Shown here one piece after another: positions 52,396-63,672 of a DNA stretch of 64,000 nt (position 1 is the first letter of the stretch; each line of letters starts with the position of its first letter). The position numbers and the translations under genes were made by a program. The stretch lies in the sequence record MK373786.1; one strand, given 5' to 3'. The notes beneath the pieces are model-generated. The model was not told the DNA's origin, did no database searches, and worked only from the letters and a program-made list of their open reading frames with translations. Source of the stretch: Escherichia phage vB_EcoM_R5505.

Positions 52396-55300
52396 ATGGC
52401 CGAGATTAAAAGAAAGTTCAGAGCAGAAGATGGTCTGGACGCAGGTGGTGATAAAATAATCAACGTAGCTTTAGCTGATCGTACCGTAGGAACTGACGGT
52501 GTTAACGTTGATTACTTAATTCAAGAAAACACAGTTCAACAATATGATCCAACTCGTGGATATTTAAAAGATTTTGTAATCATTTATGATAACCGCTTTT
52601 GGGCTGCTATAAATGATATTCCAAAACCAGCAGGAGCTTTTAATAGCGGACGCTGGAGAGCATTACGTACCGATGCTAACTGGATTACAGTCTCATCTGG
52701 TTCATATCAATTAAAATCCGGTGAAGCAATTTCGGTTAACACCGCAGCTGGAAATGACATCACGTTTACTTTACCATCTTCTCCAATTGATGGCGATACT
52801 ATCGTTCTCCAAGATATTGGAGGAAAACCTGGAGTTAACCAAGTTTTAATTGTAGCTCCAGTGCAAAGTATTGTAAACTTTAGAGGTGAACAGGTACGTT
52901 CAGTACTAATGACTCATCCAAAGTCACAGCTAGTTTTAATTTTTAGTAATCGTCTGTGGCAAATGTATGTAGCTGATTATAGTAGAGAAGCTGTAGTTGT
53001 AACACCAGCGAATACTTATCAAGCGCAATCTAATGATTTTATCGTGCGTAGATTTACTTCTGCTGCACCAATTAATGTCAAACTTCCAAGATTTGCTAAT
53101 CATGGCGATATTATTAATTTCGTTGATTTAGATAAACTGAATCCACTTTATCATACAATTGTTACTACATACGATGAAACGACTTCAGTACAAGAAGTTG
53201 GAACTCATTCCATTGAAGGCCGTACATCGATTGACGGTTTCTTGATGTTCGATGATAATGAGAAATTGTGGAGATTGTTTGACGGTGACAGTAAAGCACG
53301 TTTACGCATTATAACGACTAATTCTAATATTCGTCCAAATGAAGAAGTCATGGTGTTTGGAGCGAATAACGGAACAACTCAAACAATTGAGCTTCAGCTT
53401 CCTACTGATATTTCTGTTGGTGATACTGTTAAAATTTCCATGAATTACATGAGAAAAGGACAAACAGTTAAAATCAAGGCTGCGGGCGAAGATAAAATTG
53501 CTTCTTCAGTTCAATTACTGCAATTCCCAAAACGCTCAGAATATCCGCCTGAAGCTGAGTGGGTTACAGTCCAAGAATTAGTTTTTAATGGTGAAACTAA
53601 TTATGTTCCGGTTTTACAACTTGCTTATATAGAAGATTCTGATGGAAAATACTGGGTTGTACAGCAAAACGTTCCAACTGTAGAAAGAGTTGATTCTTTA
53701 AATGATTCTACTAGAGCAAGATTAGGCGTAATTGCTTTAGCTACACAAGCTCAAGCTAACGTCGATTTAGAAAATTCTCCTCAAAAAGAATTAGCAATTA
53801 CTCCAGAAACGTTAGCTAATCGTACTGCTACAGAAACTCGTAGAGGTATTGCAAGAATAGCAACTACTGCTCAAGTGAATCAGAACACCACATTCTCTTT
53901 TGCTGATGATATTATCATCACTCCTAAAAAGCTGAATGAAAGAACTGCTACAGAAACTCGCAGAGGTGTCGCAGAAATTGCTACACAGCAGGAAACTAAT
54001 ACAGGTACTGATGATACTACAATCATTACTCCTAAAAAGCTTCAAGCTCGCCAAGGTTCTGAGTCATTATCTGGTATTGTAACTTTTGTATCTACTGCAG
54101 GTGCTACTCCAGCTTCTAGCCGTGAATTAAATGGTACGAATGTTTATAATAAAAACACTAATAATTTAGTTGTTTCACCTAAAGCTTTGGATCAGTATAA
54201 AGCTACTCCAACGCAGCAAGGTGCAGTAATTTTAGCAGTTGAAAGTGAAGTAATTGCTGGACAAAGTCAGGAAGGATGGGCAAATGCTGTTGTAACACCA
54301 GAAACGTTACATAAAAAGACATCAACTGATGACAGAATTGGTTTAATTGAAATTGCTACGCAAAGTGAAGTTAATACAGGAACTGATTATACTCGTGCAG
54401 TCACTCCTAAAACTTTAAATGACCGTAGAGCAACTGAAAGTTTAAGTGGTATAGCTGAAATTGCTACACAAGTTGAATTCGACGCAGGCGTCGACGATAC
54501 TCGTATCTCTACACCATTAAAAATTAAAACCAGATTTAATAGTACTGATCGTACTTCTGTTGTTGCTCTATCTGGATTAGTTGAATCAGGAACTCTCTGG
54601 GACCATTATACCCTTAATATTCTTGAAGCAAATGAGACACAGCGTGGTACACTTCGTGTAGCTACACAGGTTGAAGCTGCTGCAGGAACATTAGATAATG
54701 TTTTAATAACTCCTAAAAAGCTTTTAGGTACTAAATCTACCGAATCGCAAGAAGGTGTTATTAAAGTTGCAACTCAGTCTGAAACTGTGACTGGAACGTC
54801 AGCAAATACTGCTGTATCTCCAAAAAATTTAAAATGGATTGTGCAGAGTGAACCTACTTGGGCAGCTACTACTGCGATAAGAGGTTTTGTTAAAACTTCA
54901 TCTGGTTCAATTACATTCGTTGGTAATGATACAGTCGGTTCTACCCAAGATTTAGAACTGTATGAGAAAAATAGCTATGCGGTATCACCATATGAATTAA
55001 ACCGTGTATTAGCAAATTATTTGCCATTAAAAGCAAAAGCTGTAGATAGTAATTTATTGGATGGTCTAGATTCATCTCAGTTCATTCGTAGGGATATTGC
55101 ACAGACGGTTAATGGTTCACTAACCTTAACCCAACAAACGAATCTGAGTGCCCCTCTTGTATCATCTAGTACTGCTACGTTTGGTGGATCAGTTTCGGCA
55201 AATAGTACATTAACTATTTCTAATACTGGAACGGCAACTCGTCTGATTTTTGAGAAAGGACCTCAAACTGGAACTAACCCAGCACAGACGATGACTATCA

Positions 55301-56265
55301 GAGTTTGGGGAAATCAGTTTGGTGGCGGATCAGATACAACACGTTCTACTGTATTTGAAGTTGGTGATGAAACATCTAATCACTTTTATTCTCAACGTAA
55401 TAAAGCTGGTAATATTACGTTTAGCATTAATGGTACTGTGATGCCAATAAATGTTAACGCTTCCGGTTCATTGAATGCGAATGGCGTAGCAACATTTGGT
55501 AGTTCAGTTACAGCCAATGGTGAATTCATTAGCAAGTCTGCAAATGCTTTCAGAGCAATAAACGGTGATTATGGATTCTTTATCAGGAATGATGGCGGCA
55601 GTACATATTTTATGCTTACTGCATCGGGTGATCAGACTGGCGGATTTAATGGATTACGTCCTTTAGCTATTAATAATGCATCTGGCCAAGTAACGATTGG
55701 TGAAAGCTTAATCATTGCCAAAGGTGCTACTATAAATTCAGGTGGTTTGACTGTTAACTCGAGAATTCGTTCTCAGGGTACTAAAACATCTGATTTATAT
55801 ACCCGTGCACCAACATCTGATACGGTAGGATTCTGGTCAATTGATATTAACGATTCAGCTACTTATAACCAATTCCCGGGTTATTTTAAAATGGTTGAAA
55901 AAACTAATGAAGTGACTGGGCTTCCATACTTAGAACGTGGAGAAGAAGTTAAATCTCCTGGTACACTGACTCAGTTTGGTAATACACTTGATTCACTTTA
56001 CCAAGATTGGATTACTTATCCAACAACTCCAGAAGCGCGTACCACTCGCTGGACACGTACATGGCAGAAAACCAAAAACTCTTGGTCAAGTTTTGTTCAG
56101 GTATTTGACGGAGGTAACCCTCCTCAACCATCTGACATCGGTGCTTTACCATCTGATAATGCTACAATGGGCAATCTTACTATTCGTGATTTCTTACGAA
56201 TTGGTAATGTTCGCATTATTCCTGACCCAGTGAATAAAACTGTTAAATTTGAATGGGTTGAATAA
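52396..56265 (+). CDS. 34: Long tail fiber proximal subunit
   Basis: 1289 aa as T4 gp34; internal repeats of the TPKKL...ATETRRG(I/V)A.IAT type; late promoter at 52354-52361. Confidence 0.95.
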   Translation: MAEIKRKFRAEDGLDAGGDKIINVALADRTVGTDGVNVDYLIQENTVQQYDPTRGYLKDFVIIYDNRFWAAINDIPKPAGAFNSGRWRALRTDANWITVSSGSYQLKSGEAISVNTAAGNDITFTLPSSPIDGDTIVLQDIGGKPGVNQVLIVAPVQSIVNFRGEQVRSVLMTHPKSQLVLIFSNRLWQMYVADYSREAVVVTPANTYQAQSNDFIVRRFTSAAPINVKLPRFANHGDIINFVDLDKLNPLYHTIVTTYDETTSVQEVGTHSIEGRTSIDGFLMFDDNEKLWRLFDGDSKARLRIITTNSNIRPNEEVMVFGANNGTTQTIELQLPTDISVGDTVKISMNYMRKGQTVKIKAAGEDKIASSVQLLQFPKRSEYPPEAEWVTVQELVFNGETNYVPVLQLAYIEDSDGKYWVVQQNVPTVERVDSLNDSTRARLGVIALATQAQANVDLENSPQKELAITPETLANRTATETRRGIARIATTAQVNQNTTFSFADDIIITPKKLNERTATETRRGVAEIATQQETNTGTDDTTIITPKKLQARQGSESLSGIVTFVSTAGATPASSRELNGTNVYNKNTNNLVVSPKALDQYKATPTQQGAVILAVESEVIAGQSQEGWANAVVTPETLHKKTSTDDRIGLIEIATQSEVNTGTDYTRAVTPKTLNDRRATESLSGIAEIATQVEFDAGVDDTRISTPLKIKTRFNSTDRTSVVALSGLVESGTLWDHYTLNILEANETQRGTLRVATQVEAAAGTLDNVLITPKKLLGTKSTESQEGVIKVATQSETVTGTSANTAVSPKNLKWIVQSEPTWAATTAIRGFVKTSSGSITFVGNDTVGSTQDLELYEKNSYAVSPYELNRVLANYLPLKAKAVDSNLLDGLDSSQFIRRDIAQTVNGSLTLTQQTNLSAPLVSSSTATFGGSVSANSTLTISNTGTATRLIFEKGPQTGTNPAQTMTIRVWGNQFGGGSDTTRSTVFEVGDETSNHFYSQRNKAGNITFSINGTVMPINVNASGSLNANGVATFGSSVTANGEFISKSANAFRAINGDYGFFIRNDGGSTYFMLTASGDQTGGFNGLRPLAINNASGQVTIGESLIIAKGATINSGGLTVNSRIRSQGTKTSDLYTRAPTSDTVGFWSIDINDSATYNQFPGYFKMVEKTNEVTGLPYLERGEEVKSPGTLTQFGNTLDSLYQDWITYPTTPEARTTRWTRTWQKTKNSWSSFVQVFDGGNPPQPSDIGALPSDNATMGNLTIRDFLRIGNVRIIPDPVNKTVKFEWVE

Positions 56266-56273
56266 GAGGTATT

Positions 56274-57389
56274 ATGGAAAAATTTATGGCAGAGTTTGGA
56301 CAAGGATATGTCCAAACGCCATTTTTATCGGAAAGCAATTCAGTAAGATATAAAATAAGTATAGCGGGTTCTTGCCCGCTTTCTACAGCAGGACCATACG
56401 TTAAATTTCAGGATAATCCTGTAGGAAGTCAAACATTTAGCGCAGGCCTTCATTTAAGAGTTTTTGACCCTTCTACAGGAGCATTAGTTGATAGTAAGTC
56501 ATATGCTTTTTCGACTTCAAATGATACTACATCAGCTGCTTTTGTTAGTTTCATGAATTCTTTGACGAATAATAGAATTGTTGCTATATTAACTAGCGGA
56601 AAGGTTAATTTTCCTCCTGAAGTAGTATCTTGGTTAAGAACCGCAGGAACGTCTGCTTTTCCATCTGACTCTATATTGTCAAGATTCGACGTATCATATG
56701 CTGCTTTTTATACTTCTTCTAAAAGAGCTATCGCATTAGAGCATGTTAAACTGAGTAATAGAAAAAGCACAGATGATTATCAAACTATTTTAGATGTTGT
56801 ATTTGACAGTTTAGAAGACGTCGGAGCTACCGGGTTTCCAAGAAGAACGTATGAAAGCGTTGAGCAATTCATGTCAGCGGTTGGTGGAACTAATAACGAA
56901 ATTGCGCGTCTACCAACTTCAGCTACTATAAGTAAATTATCTGATTATAATTTAATTCCTGGCGATGTTCTTTATCTTAAAGCTCAGTTATATGCTGATG
57001 CCGATTTACTTGCTCTTGGAACTACAAATATATCTATCCGTTTTTATAATGCATCAAATGGATATATTTCCTCGACACAAGCTGAATTTACCGGGCAAGC
57101 TGGATCTTGGGAATTAAAGGAAGATTATGTAGTTGTTCCAGAAAACGCGGTAGGATTTACGATATACGCACAAAGAACTGCACAAGCAGGTCAAGGTGGC
57201 ATGAGAAATTTAAGCTTTTCTGAAGTATCAAGAAACGGCGGTATTTCAAAACCCGCTGAATTTGGCGTCAATGGTATTCGTGTTAATTATATCTGTGAAT
57301 CTGCTTCACCTCCGGATATAATGGTACTTCCTACACAAGCATCGTCTAAAACTGGTAAAGTGTTTGGGCAAGAATTTAGAGAAGTATAA
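56274..57389 (+). CDS. 35: Long tail fiber hinge connector
   Basis: 371 aa (T4 gp35 about 372). Confidence 0.9.
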   Translation: MEKFMAEFGQGYVQTPFLSESNSVRYKISIAGSCPLSTAGPYVKFQDNPVGSQTFSAGLHLRVFDPSTGALVDSKSYAFSTSNDTTSAAFVSFMNSLTNNRIVAILTSGKVNFPPEVVSWLRTAGTSAFPSDSILSRFDVSYAAFYTSSKRAIALEHVKLSNRKSTDDYQTILDVVFDSLEDVGATGFPRRTYESVEQFMSAVGGTNNEIARLPTSATISKLSDYNLIPGDVLYLKAQLYADADLLALGTTNISIRFYNASNGYISSTQAEFTGQAGSWELKEDYVVVPENAVGFTIYAQRTAQAGQGGMRNLSFSEVSRNGGISKPAEFGVNGIRVNYICESASPPDIMVLPTQASSKTGKVFGQEFREV

Positions 57390-57394
57390 ATTGA

Positions 57395-57412
57395 GGGAGC
57401 CTTCGGGTTCCC
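57395..57412 (+). terminator. Hairpin terminator after gene 35
   Basis: gggagcc-ttcg-ggttccc followed by TTTTT. Confidence 0.65.
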
Positions 57413-57420
57413 TTTTTCTT

Positions 57421-57428
57421 TATAAATA
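57421..57428 (+). promoter_or_regulatory. Late promoter TATAAATA (gene 36)
   Basis: Exact octamer after the gene-35 terminator. Confidence 0.75.
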
Positions 57429-57451
57429 CTATTAAAATAAAGGGGCATACA

Positions 57452-58117
57452 ATGGCTGATTTAAAAGTAGGTTCAACAACCGGAGGCTCTGTCATTTGGC
57501 ATCAAGGAAATTTTCCATTGAATCCAGCCGGTGACGATGTACTCTATAAATCATTTAAAATATATTCAGAATATAATAAACCACAAGCTGCTGATAACGA
57601 TTTCGTTTCTAAAGCTAATGGTGGTACTTATGCATCAAAGGTAACATTTAACGGTGGAGTTCAAGTTCCGTATGCTGTAAACAACACAAACCCATGCGGT
57701 GTTTATCCAGGTAACGGTGATAATGCTACTTTTGCTGTAGCAAATATCGATATTGTTTCGTGGAATGGTATTGGTTTTAAATCATCACAAGGTTCAGCAG
57801 CTCGAACTGTTGTAATTAATGCACGTAATGGTGATATTAGTACAAAAGGCGTTGTGTCGGCAGCAGGTCAAGTAAGAAGTGATGCGGCTGCTCCTATAGC
57901 AGCGAATGACCTTACTAGAAAGGACTATGTTGATGGAGCAATAAATACTGTTACGGCAAATGCAAACTCTAGGGTGCTACGGTCTGGTGACACCATGATA
58001 GGTAATTTAACAGCGCCAAACTTTTTCTCGCAGAATCCTGCATCTCAACCTTCACACGTTCCACGATTTGACCAAATCGTAATTAAGGATTCTGTTCAAG
58101 ATTTCGGCTATTATTAA
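57452..58117 (+). CDS. 36: Long tail fiber distal subunit (small)
   Basis: 221 aa as T4 gp36; late promoter at 57421-57428. Confidence 0.9.
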   Translation: MADLKVGSTTGGSVIWHQGNFPLNPAGDDVLYKSFKIYSEYNKPQAADNDFVSKANGGTYASKVTFNGGVQVPYAVNNTNPCGVYPGNGDNATFAVANIDIVSWNGIGFKSSQGSAARTVVINARNGDISTKGVVSAAGQVRSDAAAPIAANDLTRKDYVDGAINTVTANANSRVLRSGDTMIGNLTAPNFFSQNPASQPSHVPRFDQIVIKDSVQDFGYY

Positions 58118-58125
58118 GAGGACTT

Positions 58126-61100
58126 ATGGCTACTTTAAAACAAATACAATTTAAAAGAAGCAAAACCGCAGGTGCACGTCCTGCTGCTTCAGTATTAGCC
58201 GAAGGTGAATTGGCTATAAACTTAAAAGATAGAACAATTTTTACTAAAGATGATTCAGGAAATATCATTGACTTAAGCATTTCTGCTGGTGGTAATATCA
58301 GTGGAAATATCACTCAAACTGGTGATTATACACAGACTGGAAAATTTAATTTAATTGGTCCGCAAATTGTAGCAAGCGGTGGATATATTGAGTTTAATTA
58401 TCGTACTACTGGAAGTGGGGCTTGGTCCGGTCAACATACTGCGAAAGCTCCAATTTTTGTAGATTTAAGCTCAGCTACTTCCACATCTGAATATAATCCT
58501 ATAATTAAACAGCGCTTTAAAGATGGAACTTTTTCATTAGGTACTTTAGTTTCTGAAGGTTCGTTGAAGATTCATTATATCAATGAATCTGGCGATTCGA
58601 AATATTGGACGTTTCGACGTGACGGCGGATTTACTGTTGACGGTGGAGGTTTAGCAGTATCAGGAGGTAGTATAACTACATCTGGAAATATTGCAGCTAT
58701 TGGAAATATTACTTCGCCTCAGATTAATACTAAAAATATTATTTTAGATACAAAAGCATTTGGACAATACGATTCGCAATCATTAGTTCAATATGTTTAT
58801 CCTGGAACAGGTGAAGAAAATGGTATAAACTATCTTCGTAAAGTTCGAGCTAAATCAGGCGGAACCATTTACCATGAATTAGCTTCTGCGCAAACCGGAA
58901 AAAGTGATGAACTTTCTTGGTGGACTGGTAATACAGCCGTTAATAAACAAATGGGTCTTCGTAATGATGGGGCTTTAGTATTACGACGCTCACTCGCAAT
59001 TGGTACAATTACAACAGATGAAAACATTAATAACTACGGCTCCGCTGGAGCAATGGGCGAATGTTATATAGTTATCGGTGATGCATCAACAGGCTTATCA
59101 TACAAAAAAACTGGAGTATATGATTTAGTTGCTAGTGGTCTTTCTTTAGCATCTATTACTCCTGATAGTTTCCGTAGTACCCGTAAAGCGATTTTTGGTC
59201 GTTCCGAGGACCAAGGTACAACATGGATTATGCCTGGAACCAACGCCGCGTTTTTATCGGTTCAAACACAAGCTGATGAAAACACTGCTGGAGACGGCCA
59301 GACGCATATTGGCTATAACTCAGGCGGAAAAATGAACCACTATTTCCGTGGTAAAGGCAAAACTAATATTAATACTCAAGAAGGCATGGAAGTTAACCCG
59401 GGTATTTTGAAATTGGTAACTGGCTCTAATAATGTAATGTTTTATGCTGATGGCGGTATTACATCTGTTAAGCAGCTTTCAATATATAATGGCATATATT
59501 TAGCAGCTAATAATTCTACTGCTGGGCTAACATTCGCTCCAACTACTACAATTGATGGTACTAAGCAAATTTTGTGGGAAGGCGGTACTCGTGCTGGGCA
59601 GAATAAAAGCTATGTAACTGTTAAAGCATGGGGTAATTCATTTAACGCATCTGGCGATCGTAATCGTGAAACGGTTTTTGAAGTAGCTGATGGACAAGGA
59701 TATTATTTTTATTCACAGCGTGTGGCTCCAAGTGGCTCTGAAACTACTGGGCCTGTTGTAACCCAGTTCAATGGACAAGTTAATGCTAGAGGAAGTATTA
59801 TTACTGACGGAAGTTTTAAAGTTAATGGATTAAGCACTTTAGTCGGTAATGTTACCATGTCTAATGGTTTGTTTGTCCAAGGTGGTTCTTCTATTACTGG
59901 ACAAGTAAAAATTGGTGGAACTGCTGATGCATTAAGAATTTGGAATGCCGAATACGGTGCTATTTTCCGTCGCTCAGAAACAGCATTACATATTATCCCG
60001 ACTCCTAAAGATGCCGGTGAAAGTGGTGGAATAAGTAATCTCCGCCCACTTAGTATTAGTCTTAATAATGGTATGGTACAAATGCGCCATTCTGTTACGT
60101 TAGGCGATGATGGCGCTGGAGGTAATATGATTACTGTGGACAACGATACCAAACTTGTTGTTGTTACTAGTAATAGTCGCATTTCTCCTAATTACCGTAT
60201 GCAGGTAGGACAAGCAGCTTATATTGATGCTGAATGTACTGACACAGTTCGCCCGGCTGGTGCAGGGTCTTTTGCTTCACAAAATAATGAAAACGTTCGT
60301 GCTCCATTCTATATGAATATTAATCGTACAGATACAAGTACTTACGTTCCTATTTTGAAACAACGATATGTCCAAGGAAACAGTTGTTATTCTCTGGGAA
60401 CTCTAATTAACGGCGGTAACTTCAGAGTTCATTATCATGAAGGCGGCGATGGCGGTTCGACTGGCGCTATTATAAAGGATTTAGGTTGGGAATTTAACAA
60501 AAATGGTGATTTTATATCTCCTAAGCGTGTTTCTGCTGGTGGTTCAGTTTATTTAGGTACAGACGGCAATATTACAGGTGGTTCTGGCAATTTTGCTAAT
60601 TTAAACAGTACAATTGAATCACTTAAAACCGATATTGTATCGAGTTACCCAATCGGTGCTCCTATTCCATGGCCAACGGATACTCCTCCTGACGGTTACG
60701 CTATTATGGAAGGCCAGACTTTTGATAAGTCTGCATACCCAAAATTGGCTATGGCTTACCCATCTGGCGTAATTCCAGATATGCGCGGGCAAACTATTAA
60801 AGGTAAACCAAGTGGTCGAGCTGTATTAAGCGCAGAAGCCGATGGTGTTAAGGCTCATAGCCATAGTGCATCGGCTTCAAGTACTGACTTGGGTACTAAA
60901 ACTACGTCGAGTTTTGATTATGGTACTAAGACGACAAGTAGCTTTGACTATGGCACTAAGACTAGCAATACCACAGGTAACCACTCTCATACTGTAAGCG
61001 GTACTACGAGTTCTGCTGGTGCACACCAACATGCGCGCTCAGGTCCTCAGATACAAGCCGGCATACCCAATAACATATTCTATGACGGATATAATAGTGT

Positions 61101-61401
61101 AGGTGCAAACGCCAACGCTAAATTCACTGGAACCGTGAACGGTGCTACTGCAGGGTCGAATATAGCCAAAACTTCTTCAGACGGTGCTCATACTCATACT
61201 TGGTCTGGTACTACAAGCACTACAGGTAACCATGCTCACACAGTAGGTATTGGTGCTCATACCCATACTGTAGGTATCGGTGCTCATACCCACACGGTAG
61301 CAATTGGCTCGCATGGTCATACTATCACTGTAAATAGTACAGGTAATACAGAAAACACGGTTAAAAACATTGCTTTTAACTATATCGTTCGTTTAGCATA
61401 A
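58126..61401 (+). CDS. 37: Long tail fiber distal subunit with receptor-binding tip
   Basis: 1091 aa; C-terminal His-box array ([33 protein letters not shown] x2, SHGHTI) and terminal ...[11 protein letters not shown] as in T4-type gp37. Confidence 0.92.
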   Translation: MATLKQIQFKRSKTAGARPAASVLAEGELAINLKDRTIFTKDDSGNIIDLSISAGGNISGNITQTGDYTQTGKFNLIGPQIVASGGYIEFNYRTTGSGAWSGQHTAKAPIFVDLSSATSTSEYNPIIKQRFKDGTFSLGTLVSEGSLKIHYINESGDSKYWTFRRDGGFTVDGGGLAVSGGSITTSGNIAAIGNITSPQINTKNIILDTKAFGQYDSQSLVQYVYPGTGEENGINYLRKVRAKSGGTIYHELASAQTGKSDELSWWTGNTAVNKQMGLRNDGALVLRRSLAIGTITTDENINNYGSAGAMGECYIVIGDASTGLSYKKTGVYDLVASGLSLASITPDSFRSTRKAIFGRSEDQGTTWIMPGTNAAFLSVQTQADENTAGDGQTHIGYNSGGKMNHYFRGKGKTNINTQEGMEVNPGILKLVTGSNNVMFYADGGITSVKQLSIYNGIYLAANNSTAGLTFAPTTTIDGTKQILWEGGTRAGQNKSYVTVKAWGNSFNASGDRNRETVFEVADGQGYYFYSQRVAPSGSETTGPVVTQFNGQVNARGSIITDGSFKVNGLSTLVGNVTMSNGLFVQGGSSITGQVKIGGTADALRIWNAEYGAIFRRSETALHIIPTPKDAGESGGISNLRPLSISLNNGMVQMRHSVTLGDDGAGGNMITVDNDTKLVVVTSNSRISPNYRMQVGQAAYIDAECTDTVRPAGAGSFASQNNENVRAPFYMNINRTDTSTYVPILKQRYVQGNSCYSLGTLINGGNFRVHYHEGGDGGSTGAIIKDLGWEFNKNGDFISPKRVSAGGSVYLGTDGNITGGSGNFANLNSTIESLKTDIVSSYPIGAPIPWPTDTPPDGYAIMEGQTFDKSAYPKLAMAYPSGVIPDMRGQTIKGKPSGRAVLSAEADGVKAHSHSASASSTDLGTKTTSSFDYGTKTTSSFDYGTKTSNTTGNHSHTVSGTTSSAGAHQHARSGPQIQAGIPNNIFYDGYNSVGANANAKFTGTVNGATAGSNIAKTSSDGAHTHTWSGTTSTTGNHAHTVGIGAHTHTVGIGAHTHTVAIGSHGHTITVNSTGNTENTVKNIAFNYIVRLA
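60892..60951 (+). repeat. Tandem 30-bp repeat in gene 37 encoding [10 protein letters not shown] twice
   Basis: The two units encode the same decapeptide but differ at about 9 of 30 nucleotides; a third diverged unit follows. Confidence 0.7.
61245..61298 (+). repeat. Tandem 27-bp repeat in gene 37 encoding GIGAHTHTV twice (His-box)
   Basis: ggtattggtgctcatacccatactgta / ggtatcggtgctcatacccacacggta. Confidence 0.7.
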
Positions 61402-61428
61402 GGAGAGGGGCTTCGGCCCCTTCTAAAT
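61402..61428 (+). promoter_or_regulatory. Gene 38 translation-initiation region: SD (AGGAGA) separated from AUG by a stable hairpin
   Basis: AGGAGA at 61402-61407, GGGGCTTCGGCCCC hairpin 61407-61420, ATG at 61429. Confidence 0.6.
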
Positions 61429-61980
61429 ATGAAAATATATCATTATTATTTTGACACTAAAGAATTTTACAAAGAAGAAAATTACAAACCGGTTAAAGGC
61501 CTCGGTCTTCCTGCTCATTCAACAATTAAAAAACCTTTAGAACCTAAAGAAGGATATGCAGTTGTATTTGATGAACGTACTCAGGATTGGATTTATGAAG
61601 AAGACCATCGCGGAAAACGAGCATGGACTTTTAATAAAGAAGAAATTTTTATAAGTGAAATTGGAAGCCCGGTTGGTATAACTTTTGATGAGCCTGGCGA
61701 ATTTGATATATGGACTGATGACGGTTGGAAAGAAGACGAAACATATAAGCGAGTTTTAATTCGTAATAGAAAAATTGAAGAATTATATAAAGAGTTCCAA
61801 GTTTTAAATAATATGATTGAAGCTTCTGTCGCCAATAAAAAGGAAAAATTTTATTATAAAAACCTTAAGCGGTTCTTTGCTCTTTTAGAAAAGCATGAGC
61901 ATTTAGGTGGTGAATTCCCTTCATGGCCTGAAAAAGAACGGAAACCTTGGTATAAGCGTTTATTCAAGCATTACGTATAA
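61429..61980 (+). CDS. 38: Tail fiber assembly chaperone (T4 type, not T2-type adhesin)
   Basis: 183 aa; matches remembered T4 gp38 (MKIYHYYFDTKEFYKEENYKP...). Confidence 0.9.
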   Translation: MKIYHYYFDTKEFYKEENYKPVKGLGLPAHSTIKKPLEPKEGYAVVFDERTQDWIYEEDHRGKRAWTFNKEEIFISEIGSPVGITFDEPGEFDIWTDDGWKEDETYKRVLIRNRKIEELYKEFQVLNNMIEASVANKKEKFYYKNLKRFFALLEKHEHLGGEFPSWPEKERKPWYKRLFKHYV

Positions 61981-61983
61981 ATA
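61976..61983 (+). promoter_or_regulatory. Late promoter TATAAATA (holin t)
   Basis: Exact octamer overlapping the gene 38 stop codon. Confidence 0.7.
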
Positions 61984-62000
61984 TCTTAAAAGGAGGGTCT

Positions 62001-62657
62001 ATGGCAGCACCTAGAATATCATTTTCGCCCTCTGATATTCTGTTTGGTGTTCTAGATCGCTTGTTCAAAGATAACGCTACTGGGAAGGTTCTTGCTTCCC
62101 GGGTAGCTGTCGTAATTCTTTTATTTATGATGGCGATTGTTTGGTATAGGGGAGATAGTTTCTTTGAGTACTATAAGCAATCAAAGTATGAAACATACAG
62201 TGAAATTATTGAAAAGGAAAGAAATGCACGCTTTGAATCTGTCGCCCTGGAACAACTCCAGATAGTTCATATATCATCTGAGGCAGACTTTAGTGCGGTG
62301 TATTCTTTCCGCCCTAAAAACTTAAACTATTTTGTTGATATTATAGCATACGAAGGAAGATTACCTTCAACAATAACTGAAAAATCACTTGGAGGATATC
62401 CTGTTGATAAAACTATGGATGAATATACAGTTCATTTAAATGGACGTCATTATTATTCTGACTCAAAATTTGCTTTTTTACCAACTAAAAAGCCTACTCC
62501 CGAAATAAACTACATGTACAGTTGTCCATATTTTAATTTGGATAATATCTATGCTGGAACGATAACCATGTACTGGTATAGAAATGATCATATAAGTAAT
62601 GACCGCCTTGAATCAATATGTGCTCAGGCGGCCAGAATATTAGGAAGGGCTAAATAA
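62001..62657 (+). CDS. t: Holin
   Basis: 218 aa as T4 holin T; one N-terminal TM segment then a large periplasmic domain; late promoter at 61976-61983. Confidence 0.92.
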   Translation: MAAPRISFSPSDILFGVLDRLFKDNATGKVLASRVAVVILLFMMAIVWYRGDSFFEYYKQSKYETYSEIIEKERNARFESVALEQLQIVHISSEADFSAVYSFRPKNLNYFVDIIAYEGRLPSTITEKSLGGYPVDKTMDEYTVHLNGRHYYSDSKFAFLPTKKPTPEINYMYSCPYFNLDNIYAGTITMYWYRNDHISNDRLESICAQAARILGRAK

Positions 62658-62930
62658 TTATTTGTTCGTATACATCTCTAGATATCGATATACATCCTCA
62701 AAACCCTCGTTGAATTCGTCGATGAGGGTTTTCTTATCTTCTTGAGTTAATTCAGAAACAATTTTACGGAATGAATTCTGATTTAATTTTCTACCTTCAT
62801 GCGTTACTCCAATCTCATTCAGAAATGCAATAAAATTAGCACGATTTTCAACAATATCTTCTCTGGAAAATTTAATCAAAATAGACGCAACAGTAATAAT
62901 TTCACGAACTGTATCAATGTTTTTATTCAT
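62658..62930 (-). CDS. asiA: Anti-sigma-70 factor
   Basis: 90 aa; matches remembered T4 AsiA. Confidence 0.92.
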   Translation of the reverse strand: MNKNIDTVREIITVASILIKFSREDIVENRANFIAFLNEIGVTHEGRKLNQNSFRKIVSELTQEDKKTLIDEFNEGFEDVYRYLEMYTNK

Positions 62931-62942
62931 TAACTATACCAC

Positions 62943-63095
62943 TCAATTAGTTGACTTTGTTATAATATCATCAGACGCTTGATTTGTAAACTGGTCTGTG
63001 TTATTTTCTTCAAAAATTTTTTCTACGAATTCCTTGAACGACTTACGTTCCTGAGCTACATTATGCTCGATTACCTTTTCAAGATTATGACTCAT
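62943..63095 (-). CDS. Small hypothetical protein between arn and asiA
   Basis: Hand-translated 50-aa ORF (MSHNLEKVIEHNVAQERKSFKEF...) whose ATG overlaps the arn stop; below the ORF-track cutoff. Confidence 0.35.
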   Translation of the reverse strand: MSHNLEKVIEHNVAQERKSFKEFVEKIFEENNTDQFTNQASDDIITKSTN

Positions 63096-63370
63096 TCGAA
63101 ATAATCTTCAATTTCATAATCATGGACATAAATCATTATAGTTTTTAATACATCATCAATACTTTTTCCTGGAGCTGGAATTACGTAAAAATACCCTGCT
63201 TTTGAGAGGTCTTTATAAGTTCCAATCAAGAAATCATTATTCTCAAGATGTAGTTCTTCAACTAATTCATTAACAATTGAGTGGTATAAATTTGGTAGAA
63301 ACTTATATAGCTTTTCTAGAATATCAATTTTGATTGTGTATTGAACCACAGACTGAGAATCAATAATCAT
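63092..63370 (-). CDS. arn: Anti-restriction nuclease
   Basis: 92 aa as T4 Arn, expected position. Confidence 0.8.
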   Translation of the reverse strand: MIIDSQSVVQYTIKIDILEKLYKFLPNLYHSIVNELVEELHLENNDFLIGTYKDLSKAGYFYVIPAPGKSIDDVLKTIMIYVHDYEIEDYFE

Positions 63371-63453
63371 AGACCTTCCCCTTATGTTTCTGTTTGCGAT
63401 TAGATTCTTTAAACGCTTTCTTCTTATCCTTATGAACAGAAGCTTTATTGAAA

Positions 63454-63672
63454 TTATGTTTTGCGACTAAATTGTTCATAGTGCTGAATTACCTCTCTCA
63501 AACATTTGCATGTGAATGAAAACTTTTTAGCTACACCACATTCAAATATATGTTCTCTTAAATCGCGTGTATCGGTATATCCCATCTCAACAATAAAATG
63601 CCGTATTAGATTTTTATCTTTATCATTGAGAGAATTAAAATAATCAGATTTTGAATTAATTTCCCTGGCCAA
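63454..63672 (-). CDS. Hypothetical protein
   Basis: 72-aa ORF. Confidence 0.5.
   Translation of the reverse strand: MAREINSKSDYFNSLNDKDKNLIRHFIVEMGYTDTRDLREHIFECGVAKKFSFTCKCLREVIQHYEQFSRKT

Noticed and set aside
59709-60182. 157-aa minus-strand ORF inside gene 37
   Set aside because: Antisense to the long tail fiber gene; a long open frame is expected by chance opposite a 3.3-kb gene.
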